Assembly (NCBI GenBank): GCA_017472065.1
Contig: JAFURB010000007.1
Span: 64,626-128,625 of the forward strand
Source: Alphaproteobacteria bacterium
Lineage (GTDB): Bacteria; Pseudomonadota; Alphaproteobacteria; Rs-D84
Length of the DNA: 64,000 nt
Direction of reading: 5' to 3'
Below, in pieces: positions 1 to 9,119 of this stretch. The translations under genes were made by a program, and so were the position numbers. Below the pieces are notes generated by a model. The model made no database searches, was not told the DNA's origin, and saw only the letters and a list, made by a program, of their open reading frames with translations. The number at the start of each line of letters is the position of its first letter. Position 1 is the first letter of the stretch.

Positions 1-30
1 TGCAATAATTGCAATGTTGCGAATTTTCAT
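1..30 (-). CDS. 5' end (10 codons) of a gene running off the left edge, possibly a translational GTPase (BipA/TypA- or LepA-like)
   Basis: The reverse complement of 1-30 reads ATG AAA ATT CGC AAC ATT GCA ATT ATT GCA = MKIRNIAIIA. This resembles the N-terminal lead-in to the G1 motif (IRNIAIIAHxDHGKT) of translational GTPases. Only 10 codons are visible. Confidence 0.3.
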   Translation of the reverse strand, partial: MKIRNIAIIA

Positions 31-177
31 TTGTATTATCCTTAGATTTTTTGTGTCGGGTCATAATTTTATATGAAAAAAACCAAATTTCAAGAATTTA
101 TATCAAAAATATTGACTTTTAAGTAATTTTGTCTATATTAATAGGTGTGGGTTTGAATAAACCAAAGGAGTTTATAG

Positions 178-744
178 ATGAAAAAGAGTTTATTAGCCAA
201 GTGCCCGGTTATGACCAATGACAATGTGTACAACGCGATAAAAAGTGCGCTGTTTAACTATTATTACTTAATGCGTGCGGATTTGAAAAAACGTTGGAAG
301 TCTTTGCCAAAAAAAGATCGTCTTGAAGCGGTTGCAGCGTTGCGTTATCTGGAAAATGTTTTTAATAATCCGGCTGCGTACTTTTCGCGTGCCGCGACAC
401 AGGATGTGTGGAACAACCGTGCGGTTGAATATGCAAAATCCAAAGGAATTGGGGTTGTGGATTCGTTTTACATTGTGCATGGGCCACGTGAACAGTTTAT
501 TGAAAATGTAAAAAATGCATGCTATTTACCAGAATTATATCAAGATTTATATAAATTTGCGGGTGTAATTCAAAACTGGGAATATGACAGAACATCGGCA
601 CGATCATATGTTCGTGAAAATTCTGATAAATTCGCAAAAGAAATCGTTAATGTGGCACGCACAACACAAAAAATTGTTGATGTTATGGATGCAAATCCAT
701 TGGTGCGCCCGCTAAAACAATTTGTAAACTGTTTTCAACGATAA
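178..744 (+). CDS. hypothetical protein, tandem paralogue A
   Basis: 188-aa ORF with an aaaggag SD 7 nt upstream. It shares a central NPxxYF box and a C-terminal NPLVRxxKxxV motif with the next ORF. Confidence 0.6.
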   Translation: MKKSLLAKCPVMTNDNVYNAIKSALFNYYYLMRADLKKRWKSLPKKDRLEAVAALRYLENVFNNPAAYFSRAATQDVWNNRAVEYAKSKGIGVVDSFYIVHGPREQFIENVKNACYLPELYQDLYKFAGVIQNWEYDRTSARSYVRENSDKFAKEIVNVARTTQKIVDVMDANPLVRPLKQFVNCFQR

Positions 745-759
745 CTAAGGGAACATAAA

Positions 760-1200
760 ATGAGTGAAGTAAAAAAATATGATTGGTCTTTGGCAGAAGA
801 TGTTTTAACTAAATTGGCGGTTTATACAAAACTGACCAATGCTAAAAGATTACAAAAAATGACAGTTGGTGATGTAGCTGAATATCAGAAGGCGGCTAAG
901 TTGCTGGATGATATTGTCAAAAATCCAGGTAAATATTTCAAGGACAATGGTTCGTTTGATGTGGATTTGTTTGCGTTCAGTAGTGTATATGGTCAAGGTG
1001 GCCTGTATCACATATATGCCAATGTGTTTAATACTATTGCATCGTGGCACATGATACGTGTTGCAAATGCAAATGAGATTAATTATATGAATGATGTTTT
1101 GGAAAGTTTTTCAGTACAGTTGGACGAACGTATTAAGATTGCGCGTTCAAATCCGTTGGTGCGCGCGTTCAAAGAAATTGTGTATAAAATCCAACACTAA
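760..1200 (+). CDS. hypothetical protein, tandem paralogue B
   Basis: 146-aa ORF starting 15 nt after the previous stop. It has the same NPGKYF and SNPLVRAFKEIV motifs as ORF 178-744. Confidence 0.6.
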   Translation: MSEVKKYDWSLAEDVLTKLAVYTKLTNAKRLQKMTVGDVAEYQKAAKLLDDIVKNPGKYFKDNGSFDVDLFAFSSVYGQGGLYHIYANVFNTIASWHMIRVANANEINYMNDVLESFSVQLDERIKIARSNPLVRAFKEIVYKIQH

Positions 1201-1202
1201 AA

Positions 1203-1228
1203 AAATCCCGGCATTGCCGGGATTTTTA
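1203..1228. terminator. bidirectional intrinsic terminator between convergent genes
   Basis: aaaaatcccggcattgccgggattttt forms a GC stem (tcccggc/gccggga) flanked by A-run and T-run. It lies between the stop at 1200 and the serS stop at 1232. Confidence 0.75.
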
Positions 1229-1231
1229 CTG

Positions 1232-2509
1232 TTAATGTTTGCCACCGATTTTGGTGCGCCCACCCATTAACGGTTGTAAACATTTTGGAATATTTACAGA
1301 CCCATCTGGGTTTTGATGATTTTCAATTACCGGTACAATCGCGCGTGGCAGGGCAATTCCCGTATTATTCAATGTCGCGCAGAATTGCAGTGAACCGTCC
1401 GCTGCGCGATAACGCGTGTTTGTGCGACGCGCCTGGAATTGGCCAATCGAAGAACATGACCCCAGTTCACGGTATGCATTCTCGCTTGGGAACCAGGCTT
1501 CGACATCGTGCATTTTAACCTTGTTAAAGCCCATGTCACCGGTGCATGCCGCAATAACGCGGTATGGTAATTCAAGATCCGCCATAACTTCGCACAGGTT
1601 GTTTAGTAAATGTTCGTGCATTTCGTCCGATTGTTCTGGGGTGCAATAGATATATTGTTCGACCTTGTTAAATTGATGTATACGCACGATTCCACGTGTG
1701 TCGCGACCGGCGGCGCCGGCTTCTTTGCGGAAACATGGTGAAAATCCAGCATATTTAATTGGCAGGTCTTTTTCATTTAATACTTCGTCACTGTGCAGGG
1801 AATTTAGGATAATTTCCGCCGTCCCGGCCAAACAACGATCTGTGTCGGTCAGCATAAATACATCGTTTGCCATAACCGATGGGTCAGATCCCATAAAGTG
1901 GCCCGCATTAAAGATTGTTTGTGGTTTTGTAATCGATGGACAGTTTACAAATGTGAATCCTTTGCCCATTAATTTTTGCAGAACATATGTCTGGATGGCC
2001 AGTTCAAGTTCGGCTGCTTCGCCAAACAGGGCATATGTGCGCGTGCCACAAATTGATGCGATTTTTTCCGGTTTCCACCAACCGTTCATTTCCAGTAATT
2101 CCCACTGGGGGCGGGGGGTGAAATCAAATTCGCGGGGGGTGCCAATGCGACGAACCTCTATGTTTTCTGTGTCGTCACGACCAATTGGGGCATCCGTACT
2201 GGGAATTTGGGGAACGCGATGTAATAAATCATCTAATGCAGCCTCTTTATCCGCCAATTCCGCCATGTCTGCCGCGATTTCGTTTGCGATTTCCTTGGAA
2301 CGCGCAATCAGTGGTGCGCGGTCAGTCGCGGTTGGTATTTCGCGTGTGATTTTATTCTTTTCGGCGGTTTTTGTTTGTGTAATTGTTTTTAGTTCGCGTA
2401 CGCGCGCATCCAGTGCCAAGATTTCATCGGTGTTATCGGCAATACCCTTTAATTCGCATGCGCGTTTAACGGTCGCTGGGTTTTCACGAATAAATTTAAT
2501 ATCCAACAT
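1232..2509 (-). CDS. serS: seryl-tRNA synthetase
   Basis: 425 aa with an N-terminal coiled-coil arm (MLDIKFIRENP...). Class II core motifs are present (FRKEAGAAGRDTRGIVRIHQFNKVE; GTRTYALFG; NNTGIALPRAIV). Confidence 0.95.
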   Translation of the reverse strand: MLDIKFIRENPATVKRACELKGIADNTDEILALDARVRELKTITQTKTAEKNKITREIPTATDRAPLIARSKEIANEIAADMAELADKEAALDDLLHRVPQIPSTDAPIGRDDTENIEVRRIGTPREFDFTPRPQWELLEMNGWWKPEKIASICGTRTYALFGEAAELELAIQTYVLQKLMGKGFTFVNCPSITKPQTIFNAGHFMGSDPSVMANDVFMLTDTDRCLAGTAEIILNSLHSDEVLNEKDLPIKYAGFSPCFRKEAGAAGRDTRGIVRIHQFNKVEQYIYCTPEQSDEMHEHLLNNLCEVMADLELPYRVIAACTGDMGFNKVKMHDVEAWFPSENAYRELGSCSSIGQFQARRTNTRYRAADGSLQFCATLNNTGIALPRAIVPVIENHQNPDGSVNIPKCLQPLMGGRTKIGGKH

Positions 2510-2761
2510 GTTTTATCCCCTTATGGATTTGTTTAATTGTTTGTTATTGTATGCAAAATTATGAAAAAGTACACAGATAAATTATTCCCCCAGGGGGGAT
2601 GATGATGAACTGAAAAATGTAAATACGCGTTTCATATTGATGTTATTATAAGATTCTTTATAGTAAAAATCAATAAAATCATGTGTGGCGAATTTGTTTG
2701 CATAGGATAAATTTATTGTGTATGCTGTGCCCGTGTTAATCAAAGGGAAAGGTTATATATT

Positions 2762-3679
2762 ATGTCTGATGAATTCACAATGTATGATGTGATTATCCTA
2801 GGTTCTGGGCCGGCAGGGTTGACGGCGGCATTGTATGCAGGACGCGCAAATAAAAAGACAATTGTTTTGGGTGGTGACCGACTGGGGGGTCAGATGGCGG
2901 GTATCGCAACACTGGAAAATTATCCAGGGTGGCGCGGTTCTGGGATGGAATTGGCCGAATTTATGAAGGGGCAAGCCGAATCCTTTGGTGCCGAGGTTGT
3001 GTTTGTGTCCGCAAAAAGTATTGATGGTGATGCGGAATCTGGGTTTAATATCTTGGGTGATAATGGAAAGCACTATATCGGTAAAACCGTCATTATTGCA
3101 ACCGGTGCATCACCACGCAAATTAGAAATAGAAGGCGCGCGCGAATTAATGGGACGGGGTGTGTCATATTGTGCGACATGCGATGGATTCTTTTACAGTT
3201 ACAAAGATGTTATCGTTATGGGCGGTGGTAACAGTGCGCTGAACGATGCGTTGTACCTGGCAGATTTAGCGAAAAGTGTAAAAATCGTTTATCGCAAGGG
3301 GGCATTTACCCGGGCCGAGGCAGTGTTGCGTGAACGCGTATCACAGCGCGAAAATATCGAATGTTTGTTTAACACAGACCTGGCAAAAATCGAAGAAAAA
3401 CCGGGTGACCCAGATGGTCGCTTAATCGTTACAACAACAGATGGCGCACAGATTGAAACAGATGGTTTGTTCGTCGCCATTGGACACGAAGCGAATACAG
3501 ATTTCCTAAGCGAAGATGTTACGCGCGACGGTATGGGGCGCCTTAGCCCATGTCAAATGCCAGCCGGTATTTTTGTCGCAGGTGATGTTCATTCGGAATT
3601 AAAGATGCAGATTGCAACGGCGGTGGGGACGGGGTGTTCGGCGGCCATGGACGCAATCGCATATTTGAATAAGCAATAA
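2762..3679 (+). CDS. trxB: thioredoxin-disulfide reductase
   Basis: 305 aa with an FAD GxGxxG motif (ILGSGPAGLTAA), a redox CATC (SYCATCDGFF) and an NADPH site GGGNSA. Confidence 0.95.
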   Translation: MSDEFTMYDVIILGSGPAGLTAALYAGRANKKTIVLGGDRLGGQMAGIATLENYPGWRGSGMELAEFMKGQAESFGAEVVFVSAKSIDGDAESGFNILGDNGKHYIGKTVIIATGASPRKLEIEGARELMGRGVSYCATCDGFFYSYKDVIVMGGGNSALNDALYLADLAKSVKIVYRKGAFTRAEAVLRERVSQRENIECLFNTDLAKIEEKPGDPDGRLIVTTTDGAQIETDGLFVAIGHEANTDFLSEDVTRDGMGRLSPCQMPAGIFVAGDVHSELKMQIATAVGTGCSAAMDAIAYLNKQ

Positions 3680-3700
3680 TAAATGCCAACCGGTTCATCT

Positions 3701-3759
3701 GTGGCGGTTTTGACAAGTTCATGTAACAATTTGTACACTACACTTGTCAAAACCACCAC
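3701..3759. terminator. long inverted repeat / probable bidirectional terminator between convergent trxB and the J-domain gene
   Basis: gtggcggttttgacaagt (3701-3718) pairs with acttgtcaaaaccaccac (3742-3759). The arms are 18 nt with one G.A mismatch. A second hairpin tcccccc...gggggga follows at about 3793-3820. Confidence 0.5.
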
Positions 3760-3824
3760 ATGTGACACAATTGTTCAATTACTTTTGTTTTTATTCCCCC
3801 CTGTTTTGTGTCGGGGGGATTCTT

Positions 3825-4328
3825 TTACTTTTTCCCAAAATGTTTCTTTAATATTTCATATGCGGTGGAAATGCGCGCAAATTCAGTGGCGGCATTTTTC
3901 TTGTCATCTGCAGTGTCGGGGTGGTATTTTTTTGCCAATGCACGGTATTTTACACCGACATCACGCCATGTGGCAGATATGCCCAAATCAAATACTTTTA
4001 ATGATGATACAACATTGGTTGGTAATTTGCTTTTCGCAGGAATCCGGTCGAATTTAGAACGGCCAGTGATAAAGTCGTTTATAAAGCGTGCGTAATCGTT
4101 TGCATCTGTGTTTGCGGTGTCTTTATCTTTCAGCGGTGCGCCAAATGTTTGACGTTCCCAATCATCTTCGATTTCATCAGGGGTCATGTCCGCATAGTAA
4201 TTCCAGTTCTTGTTATATTCGGCGGCATGTTCTGGACAGAAAAACCAGTATTCACGCAAATCGCGTGATTTAGGGGCACGGCATGTGCCGGCCTTGGTGC
4301 AGCCTGGTTTGTCACATTTTTTTATCAT
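3825..4328 (-). CDS. J-domain protein (C-terminal DnaJ domain, N-terminal Cys-rich region)
   Basis: 167 aa. The C-terminal J domain is LGISATWRDVGVKYRALAKKYHPDT...AYEILK, which includes HPD. The N-terminus CDKPGCTKAGTCRAP...FCPEH is Cys-rich. The gene shows ATGA-type overlap with the upstream xerD stop. Confidence 0.75.
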   Translation of the reverse strand: MIKKCDKPGCTKAGTCRAPKSRDLREYWFFCPEHAAEYNKNWNYYADMTPDEIEDDWERQTFGAPLKDKDTANTDANDYARFINDFITGRSKFDRIPAKSKLPTNVVSSLKVFDLGISATWRDVGVKYRALAKKYHPDTADDKKNAATEFARISTAYEILKKHFGKK

Positions 4329-5191
4329 TTATTATCTACCTTTGTGTTGGACAGCGGGTGATGCATTTCAATCGTTTCGCGCAATTGTTCCGGTAAAACA
4401 TGCGTGTATATTTGGGTTGTAGAAATGTCTTCGTGGCCCAACATTGTTTGTATCGCACGCAAATTTGCGCCACCGGCCAGTAAATGTGATGCAAACGAGT
4501 GGCGCAGTACATGTGGCGATACGCGTGCCGGATCAATGCCCGATAATACAGCACACTTTTTGATTAATTTGAAGAACGCATCACGCGTTATATGGCCAGA
4601 TGCCCCACGCGACGGAAATACGAATTTTGATGCATCATCACCACGCAGATTTAGCCATTTATCTAAGGCGCGAATTGCGCCGCTGTGCATTGGGACGATG
4701 CGTTCTTTGGCACCTTTGCCATGGATAAGTAATTTATCACCCAAAATGGCGGTCATTGGTAATTCACATAATTCAGATATACGCAGGCCCGACGCGTACA
4801 GTAATTCAATCATTGCGCGCAGGCGCGTTGATGTGCGGATGTCACCGGCCGATGATATCAATAAATCTATTTCATCAATGGTTAAGAATTTTGGTAATGC
4901 GCGACCGCGTTTCGGTAATTCCAGATTTGCCGCAGGGTTTGTTGTGATGATTTTTTCAATCATTAAAAATTTATAGAATCCGCGCAGGGCAGATGCCTTG
5001 CGGGCGATGGATGTTGGCTTTTCAGGCAGGCCAGACAAATATGATTGTAATGCGTTTGCGTCTGCCCCCATCAGACCGCCGGTAATTGCATCGTTTGCCA
5101 GGCGCAGGTCGGATTCATAACTTTCCAATGTTTTTTGACTGCGGCCGCGTTCGGCAGATAGGGCCTCTAAAAATATATCTATGTAATTCAA
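4325..5191 (-). CDS. xerD: tyrosine site-specific recombinase, XerD/XerC family
   Basis: 288 aa with the catalytic signature ...RISEL..., LRHSFASHLL and LGHEDISTTQIYTHV. The start is an apparent TTG. XerD versus XerC cannot be settled by eye. Confidence 0.8.
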   Translation of the reverse strand: MNYIDIFLEALSAERGRSQKTLESYESDLRLANDAITGGLMGADANALQSYLSGLPEKPTSIARKASALRGFYKFLMIEKIITTNPAANLELPKRGRALPKFLTIDEIDLLISSAGDIRTSTRLRAMIELLYASGLRISELCELPMTAILGDKLLIHGKGAKERIVPMHSGAIRALDKWLNLRGDDASKFVFPSRGASGHITRDAFFKLIKKCAVLSGIDPARVSPHVLRHSFASHLLAGGANLRAIQTMLGHEDISTTQIYTHVLPEQLRETIEMHHPLSNTKVDNK

Positions 5192-5322
5192 GGGTACACC
5201 ACAATTTCATTCATATGTTGAACCGGGGCAAATGATATTATCATTAATGCAATCGCGCACAGAACAATTGCCCATATTAAAATCTTAATAAATGTGTTGT
5301 TCTTTTTCTTTTTTATCGGCAT
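5188..5322 (-). CDS. possible 44-aa single-pass membrane peptide
   Basis: Not in the ORF track because it is under 60 aa. It reads MPIKKKKNNTFIKILIWAIVLCAIALMIISFAPVQHMNEIVVYP. Its stop TGA overlaps the xerD start and a weak SD is present. Confidence 0.25.
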   Translation of the reverse strand: MPIKKKKNNTFIKILIWAIVLCAIALMIISFAPVQHMNEIVVYP

Positions 5323-5345
5323 TGTAATATCCCTGGTATGTGGTT

Positions 5346-6404
5346 CTAGATTGTATCAAAACTGGTGATAAATATTCCGGCCCCGGCAATAATAATCAAT
5401 GGTGGTGCAATAATCGCCAACAGTGGTGGTAACGCACCCGTTGCCCCCAGGGCATTGAACATATTGGTCAGGAAATATACCGCAAAGCAGGTTAAAATCC
5501 CAATGCTGAATTTTATACCAAAACTGTAGTTGCGGCGCTGTTTCGTTTGGGAAAATGCAACCCCCAATGTCGCCATGGCAATCATTGTTAATGGCAAGAA
5601 TAGCAGGGTCCAAAACTGAACCAGGTGACCGCGTGTTGGTGCGCCAATGTCAGACATTTTTTCAATGAATTCAGGTAAATCCCAAAATGAAATCTGGTCG
5701 GGTTGCAGGTATCTGTCCAAAACGGTTTGTGGGTTTAACAATGTTTCCATATGCCAATCAGATTTACGCATGTTGCCGTTGTTGTCCCAGATTGTGGCGT
5801 TTGTTGCATTTAATCCGTCGTTTGACAGACGTACGGTTTCCGCCTGAATCCGTTCTGTTAACTTAAAAGATGGGTCCTGGAAAAATATGGTTGTGTTTTC
5901 AAATATCAATATGTTGCCGGATTTGTGCATCGTGTCAGCGTTTAATGTAGTGTATCCGTTATCTGATGCCTCACGCAGCCAGATTTGATTATCAACCAAT
6001 TGCAGGTGTTCGGGGGTGATGTTATCCGTGCTGACCCGGACGGAATAGGGATTGACCAGTGTGGTTGCAATAATGCCAATCAGGGCCGCGCCAATAAAAA
6101 ATGGACGGGATGCCTGGTATGGGGACATTCCGGCACTGGATACAATAATACTTTCACTGGATTTAGTCAGGTTATATGATGCCAATAAGGTTCCCATAAA
6201 TACCGCCAATGGCAAGAACAGTGGTACATATTCCAGTAATCGTACCCATGATTCATAAAGGGCAGCAAAAGCATCTGGATTTGATGGCAAGCGTTCTACA
6301 AATGTCACCGCCAAAATAATCCCGCACACAACAAGCATTACCAGGCCAAATCCACTGAAAAATCGGCGCATTAAAAATCTGGTTAAGATATTAAGTCTAA
6401 ACAT
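5346..6404 (-). CDS. LPS export ABC permease, LptF/LptG (YjgP/YjgQ) family
   Basis: 352 aa. It has an N-terminal 3-TM block, a periplasmic beta-jellyroll-like middle region and a C-terminal 3-TM block, which is typical of the YjgP/YjgQ family. Confidence 0.7.
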   Translation of the reverse strand: MFRLNILTRFLMRRFFSGFGLVMLVVCGIILAVTFVERLPSNPDAFAALYESWVRLLEYVPLFLPLAVFMGTLLASYNLTKSSESIIVSSAGMSPYQASRPFFIGAALIGIIATTLVNPYSVRVSTDNITPEHLQLVDNQIWLREASDNGYTTLNADTMHKSGNILIFENTTIFFQDPSFKLTERIQAETVRLSNDGLNATNATIWDNNGNMRKSDWHMETLLNPQTVLDRYLQPDQISFWDLPEFIEKMSDIGAPTRGHLVQFWTLLFLPLTMIAMATLGVAFSQTKQRRNYSFGIKFSIGILTCFAVYFLTNMFNALGATGALPPLLAIIAPPLIIIAGAGIFITSFDTI

Positions 6405-6492
6405 AGCCTAAATTATAGACCGAAGATTTCCTAATTGCAAAATTAAAATGAATCCTTATAATTTGGTTACAAAAAATAATAGGAAGTTAAAA

Positions 6493-6963
6493 ATGGATAA
6501 AAAGCCAATTTCACGCGCAGGGTTTGATAACCTGATTAAGGAATTAAAGGATTTGAAAGAGGTTCAACGCCCTGAAATCTTGAAAACTGTCCAGTGGGCG
6601 CGGTCACTGGGGGATTTGTCTGAAAATGCAGATTACAGCGCGGCCAAGGAAAAACAGCGCCAAATTGATAAGCGGATTCAGTTTATCGAAGGGGTTATTG
6701 AAAATGCCACCATTATTGATGTGGACAGTCTGTCGGGTAATCGTGTTGTGTTCGGTGCGCGTGTCACCGCCGAAGATGATGATGGCAATGTTATGCAGTG
6801 TCGTATTTTGTCTGATATTGAATCAGATGGTCGCACGGTGATTTCGTGTACATCACCGGTGGGGCGCGCTATGATTGGGCGATGTGTTGGTGATACATGT
6901 ATTGTAAAGTTGCCAGGTGGTGAAAAAGAATATGAAATTTTAGAAGTAAAATTCAAGGATTAA
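6493..6963 (+). CDS. greA: transcription elongation factor GreA
   Basis: The start is taken at MDKKPISRAGFDNLIKELKDLK, with an aggaag SD at 6481-6486. There is a coiled-coil N-terminus with DLSENADYSAAKE and a Gre C-terminal domain. Confidence 0.9.
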   Translation: MDKKPISRAGFDNLIKELKDLKEVQRPEILKTVQWARSLGDLSENADYSAAKEKQRQIDKRIQFIEGVIENATIIDVDSLSGNRVVFGARVTAEDDDGNVMQCRILSDIESDGRTVISCTSPVGRAMIGRCVGDTCIVKLPGGEKEYEILEVKFKD

Positions 6964-6980
6964 TCATATAAGTTAAAGTC

Positions 6981-8732
6981 ATGTCTGTACGCGTATTGCC
7001 TGATTTTTTAATCAATCAAATTGCCGCCGGCGAAGTGGTCGAACGACCCGCCAGTGTCGTCAAAGAATTGGTGGAAAATGCGCTGGACGCGGGGGCAGAC
7101 CAGATTGTTATTGATGTTGTTGATGGTGGGCGCACATTAATCAGTGTTATTGATAATGGGTCGGGGATGGGACGCGAAGACCTGGCGACGGCTGTGATGC
7201 GACATGCGACATCTAAATTACCAACCGACGATTTGTTAAATATTAACTTTATGGGATTCCGTGGCGAAGCGTTACCGTCAATCGCATCGGTATCAGATAT
7301 GGAAATTGATACATATAACGGTATGGATGCAAATGGGTGGCACCTGGATTGCAATACGATGGAAATAAGTCCCAGTTCATGGGATGCAGGCACGCGTATT
7401 CGTGTAAAAAATCTGTTCGGGCGAACACCGGCACGATTAAAATTTTTGCGCGGTGACCGGGCAGAATTGATGAGTGTATTGGATGTTGTAAAACGTTTGG
7501 CGATGGCGCGTGTGGATGTCGGATTTACATTGAATAATAAATGGCGATTCCCAAAGAACCAGGATTTAATCGAACGCATCGTGGCGGTTATGGGTGACGA
7601 TGTTCGTGGACGGATGCTGGATATAGATGCAAAATCCGGATCAAATTCGGGATTAAAAATATCTGGATTTATTTCTGAACCGACATTGCGCCGTGCATCC
7701 AGTGTGGATCAATATTTATTTGTAAATGGTCGCCCGGTCAAGGACAAGGTTCTGGTCGGGGCATTGCGGGCGGCGTATATGGATGTTATGCATGCGCGTG
7801 AATTTCCGCTGTGTGCGCTGAATTTGACACTGGACCCCCAGGCGGTTGATGTTAATGTGTCGCCCGCCAAGACCGAGGTGCATTTTTTAGAACCGTCACA
7901 TGTTCGCGCATTTATAATCAAGAATTTGCGAGACAGATTGGCACAAACGATGGTTTCGCAACCGTCGGTTGCAAAGAGTTCAGATGGTGGAATAAATAAT
8001 ACATTTTTTAAGCCAAATGTGTCGCAACCAGCGCGTTTTGATTTTGGTTTGGTGCCGGGGGCGTTTCGTGTTGCGTCAACTGTGGCGGAAAATGTTGATT
8101 TGCCCCAGAAATCGTGCGTACAGAACGATTTTGAACATGTGCAAATCGATAATGATGTTTCGGTATTGGATATGCCATTGGGACGTGTTGTTGGGCAGAT
8201 TGGAAATAAATATATTATTGCCCAAACGGAAAGTGCAATGGTTGTTGTCGATCAGCATGCCGCCCATGAACGAATTACATATGAAAAACTGCGCGCGCAT
8301 GCGATAAAGACCCAGCCGTTGTTAACGCCGATTGTAATAAATCTGCGCGAAGAAGATGTGGCGGCGGTATTGACGATTGCAGATGAAATGCGTGCATCGG
8401 GGTTACATATTGATGCGTTCGGTGATGATGCAATTGCGATTTTTGAAAAGCCCGCCGACTGGGATTTAGATTGGGTAACCGTGTTCAAATCAATCGCGGA
8501 TGAGGTACGCGTTAACGGTCATTCATCGGGGTTAAATGAAAGACTGCATTTGAAATTGGCAAACTATGCGTGTCATCATTCGGTGCGGGCGGGGCAAAAA
8601 TTAGACATAAATCAAATGGATGCTTTGTTGCGTGATATCGAAAATACCGAACGGGCAGGGCAATGTAATCACGGGCGGCCGGTCTATAAAATTATTCCAT
8701 TAAATGAAATTGACGGTTGGTTCGAAAGATAG
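6981..8732 (+). CDS. mutL: DNA mismatch repair protein MutL
   Basis: 583 aa with GHKL ATPase motifs (INQIAAGEVVERPASVVKELVENALDAGA; DNGSGM). The C-terminal dimerisation/endonuclease region contains DQHAAHERI. Confidence 0.95.
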   Translation: MSVRVLPDFLINQIAAGEVVERPASVVKELVENALDAGADQIVIDVVDGGRTLISVIDNGSGMGREDLATAVMRHATSKLPTDDLLNINFMGFRGEALPSIASVSDMEIDTYNGMDANGWHLDCNTMEISPSSWDAGTRIRVKNLFGRTPARLKFLRGDRAELMSVLDVVKRLAMARVDVGFTLNNKWRFPKNQDLIERIVAVMGDDVRGRMLDIDAKSGSNSGLKISGFISEPTLRRASSVDQYLFVNGRPVKDKVLVGALRAAYMDVMHAREFPLCALNLTLDPQAVDVNVSPAKTEVHFLEPSHVRAFIIKNLRDRLAQTMVSQPSVAKSSDGGINNTFFKPNVSQPARFDFGLVPGAFRVASTVAENVDLPQKSCVQNDFEHVQIDNDVSVLDMPLGRVVGQIGNKYIIAQTESAMVVVDQHAAHERITYEKLRAHAIKTQPLLTPIVINLREEDVAAVLTIADEMRASGLHIDAFGDDAIAIFEKPADWDLDWVTVFKSIADEVRVNGHSSGLNERLHLKLANYACHHSVRAGQKLDINQMDALLRDIENTERAGQCNHGRPVYKIIPLNEIDGWFER

Positions 8733-8798
8733 TGATTTGTCCTTTACTTTTCTAGGTTTTTTTACTATTGTGCCAGTATTAAAGCAAGGAGAAATCAT

Positions 8799-9113
8799 AT
8801 GGAACAAGCAGCAGTTGTTGTAGATAATGCAGTGCAAACAGCCGCACCAGCCCAGCAAGGCAGTGTGTGGGGGATGATGTTGTATCTGATTGTGGTGTTT
8901 GGAATCATCTATCTGTTAATGGTACGGCCAAACAAAAAACGTATGGCGGAATATCAAAAAATGCTGGACGCGTTACAGGTTGGTAATCGCGTTATGGCCG
9001 CAGGTATTTACGGTACAATTAAAAAGATTAACGAAAAAACAATTGAACTGGAAGTCGCCAAGGGCGTTGTTATCGAAGTGAATAAAAACGCCGTGGCATC
9101 GGTTGAAGAATAA
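8799..9113 (+). CDS. yajC: preprotein translocase subunit YajC
   Basis: 104 aa with a single TM followed by RPNKKRMAEYQKMLDALQVGNRVMAAGIYGTI. It lies immediately upstream of secD. Confidence 0.85.
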   Translation: MEQAAVVVDNAVQTAAPAQQGSVWGMMLYLIVVFGIIYLLMVRPNKKRMAEYQKMLDALQVGNRVMAAGIYGTIKKINEKTIELEVAKGVVIEVNKNAVASVEE

Positions 9114-9119
9114 AAGGGT

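Noticed and set aside
1698-2564. 288-aa plus-strand ORF antisense to serS.
   Set aside because: It is fully contained within and opposite the unambiguous serS CDS. Its composition is low-complexity and Ser/Ala-rich, as is typical of antisense frames.
4325-5191. The tyrosine recombinase considered as a marker of an integrated mobile element or integron.
   Set aside because: It is XerC/D-like in length and motifs. It is embedded among housekeeping genes and operon-coupled to a J-domain gene. No att-like repeats or cargo genes are evident nearby.
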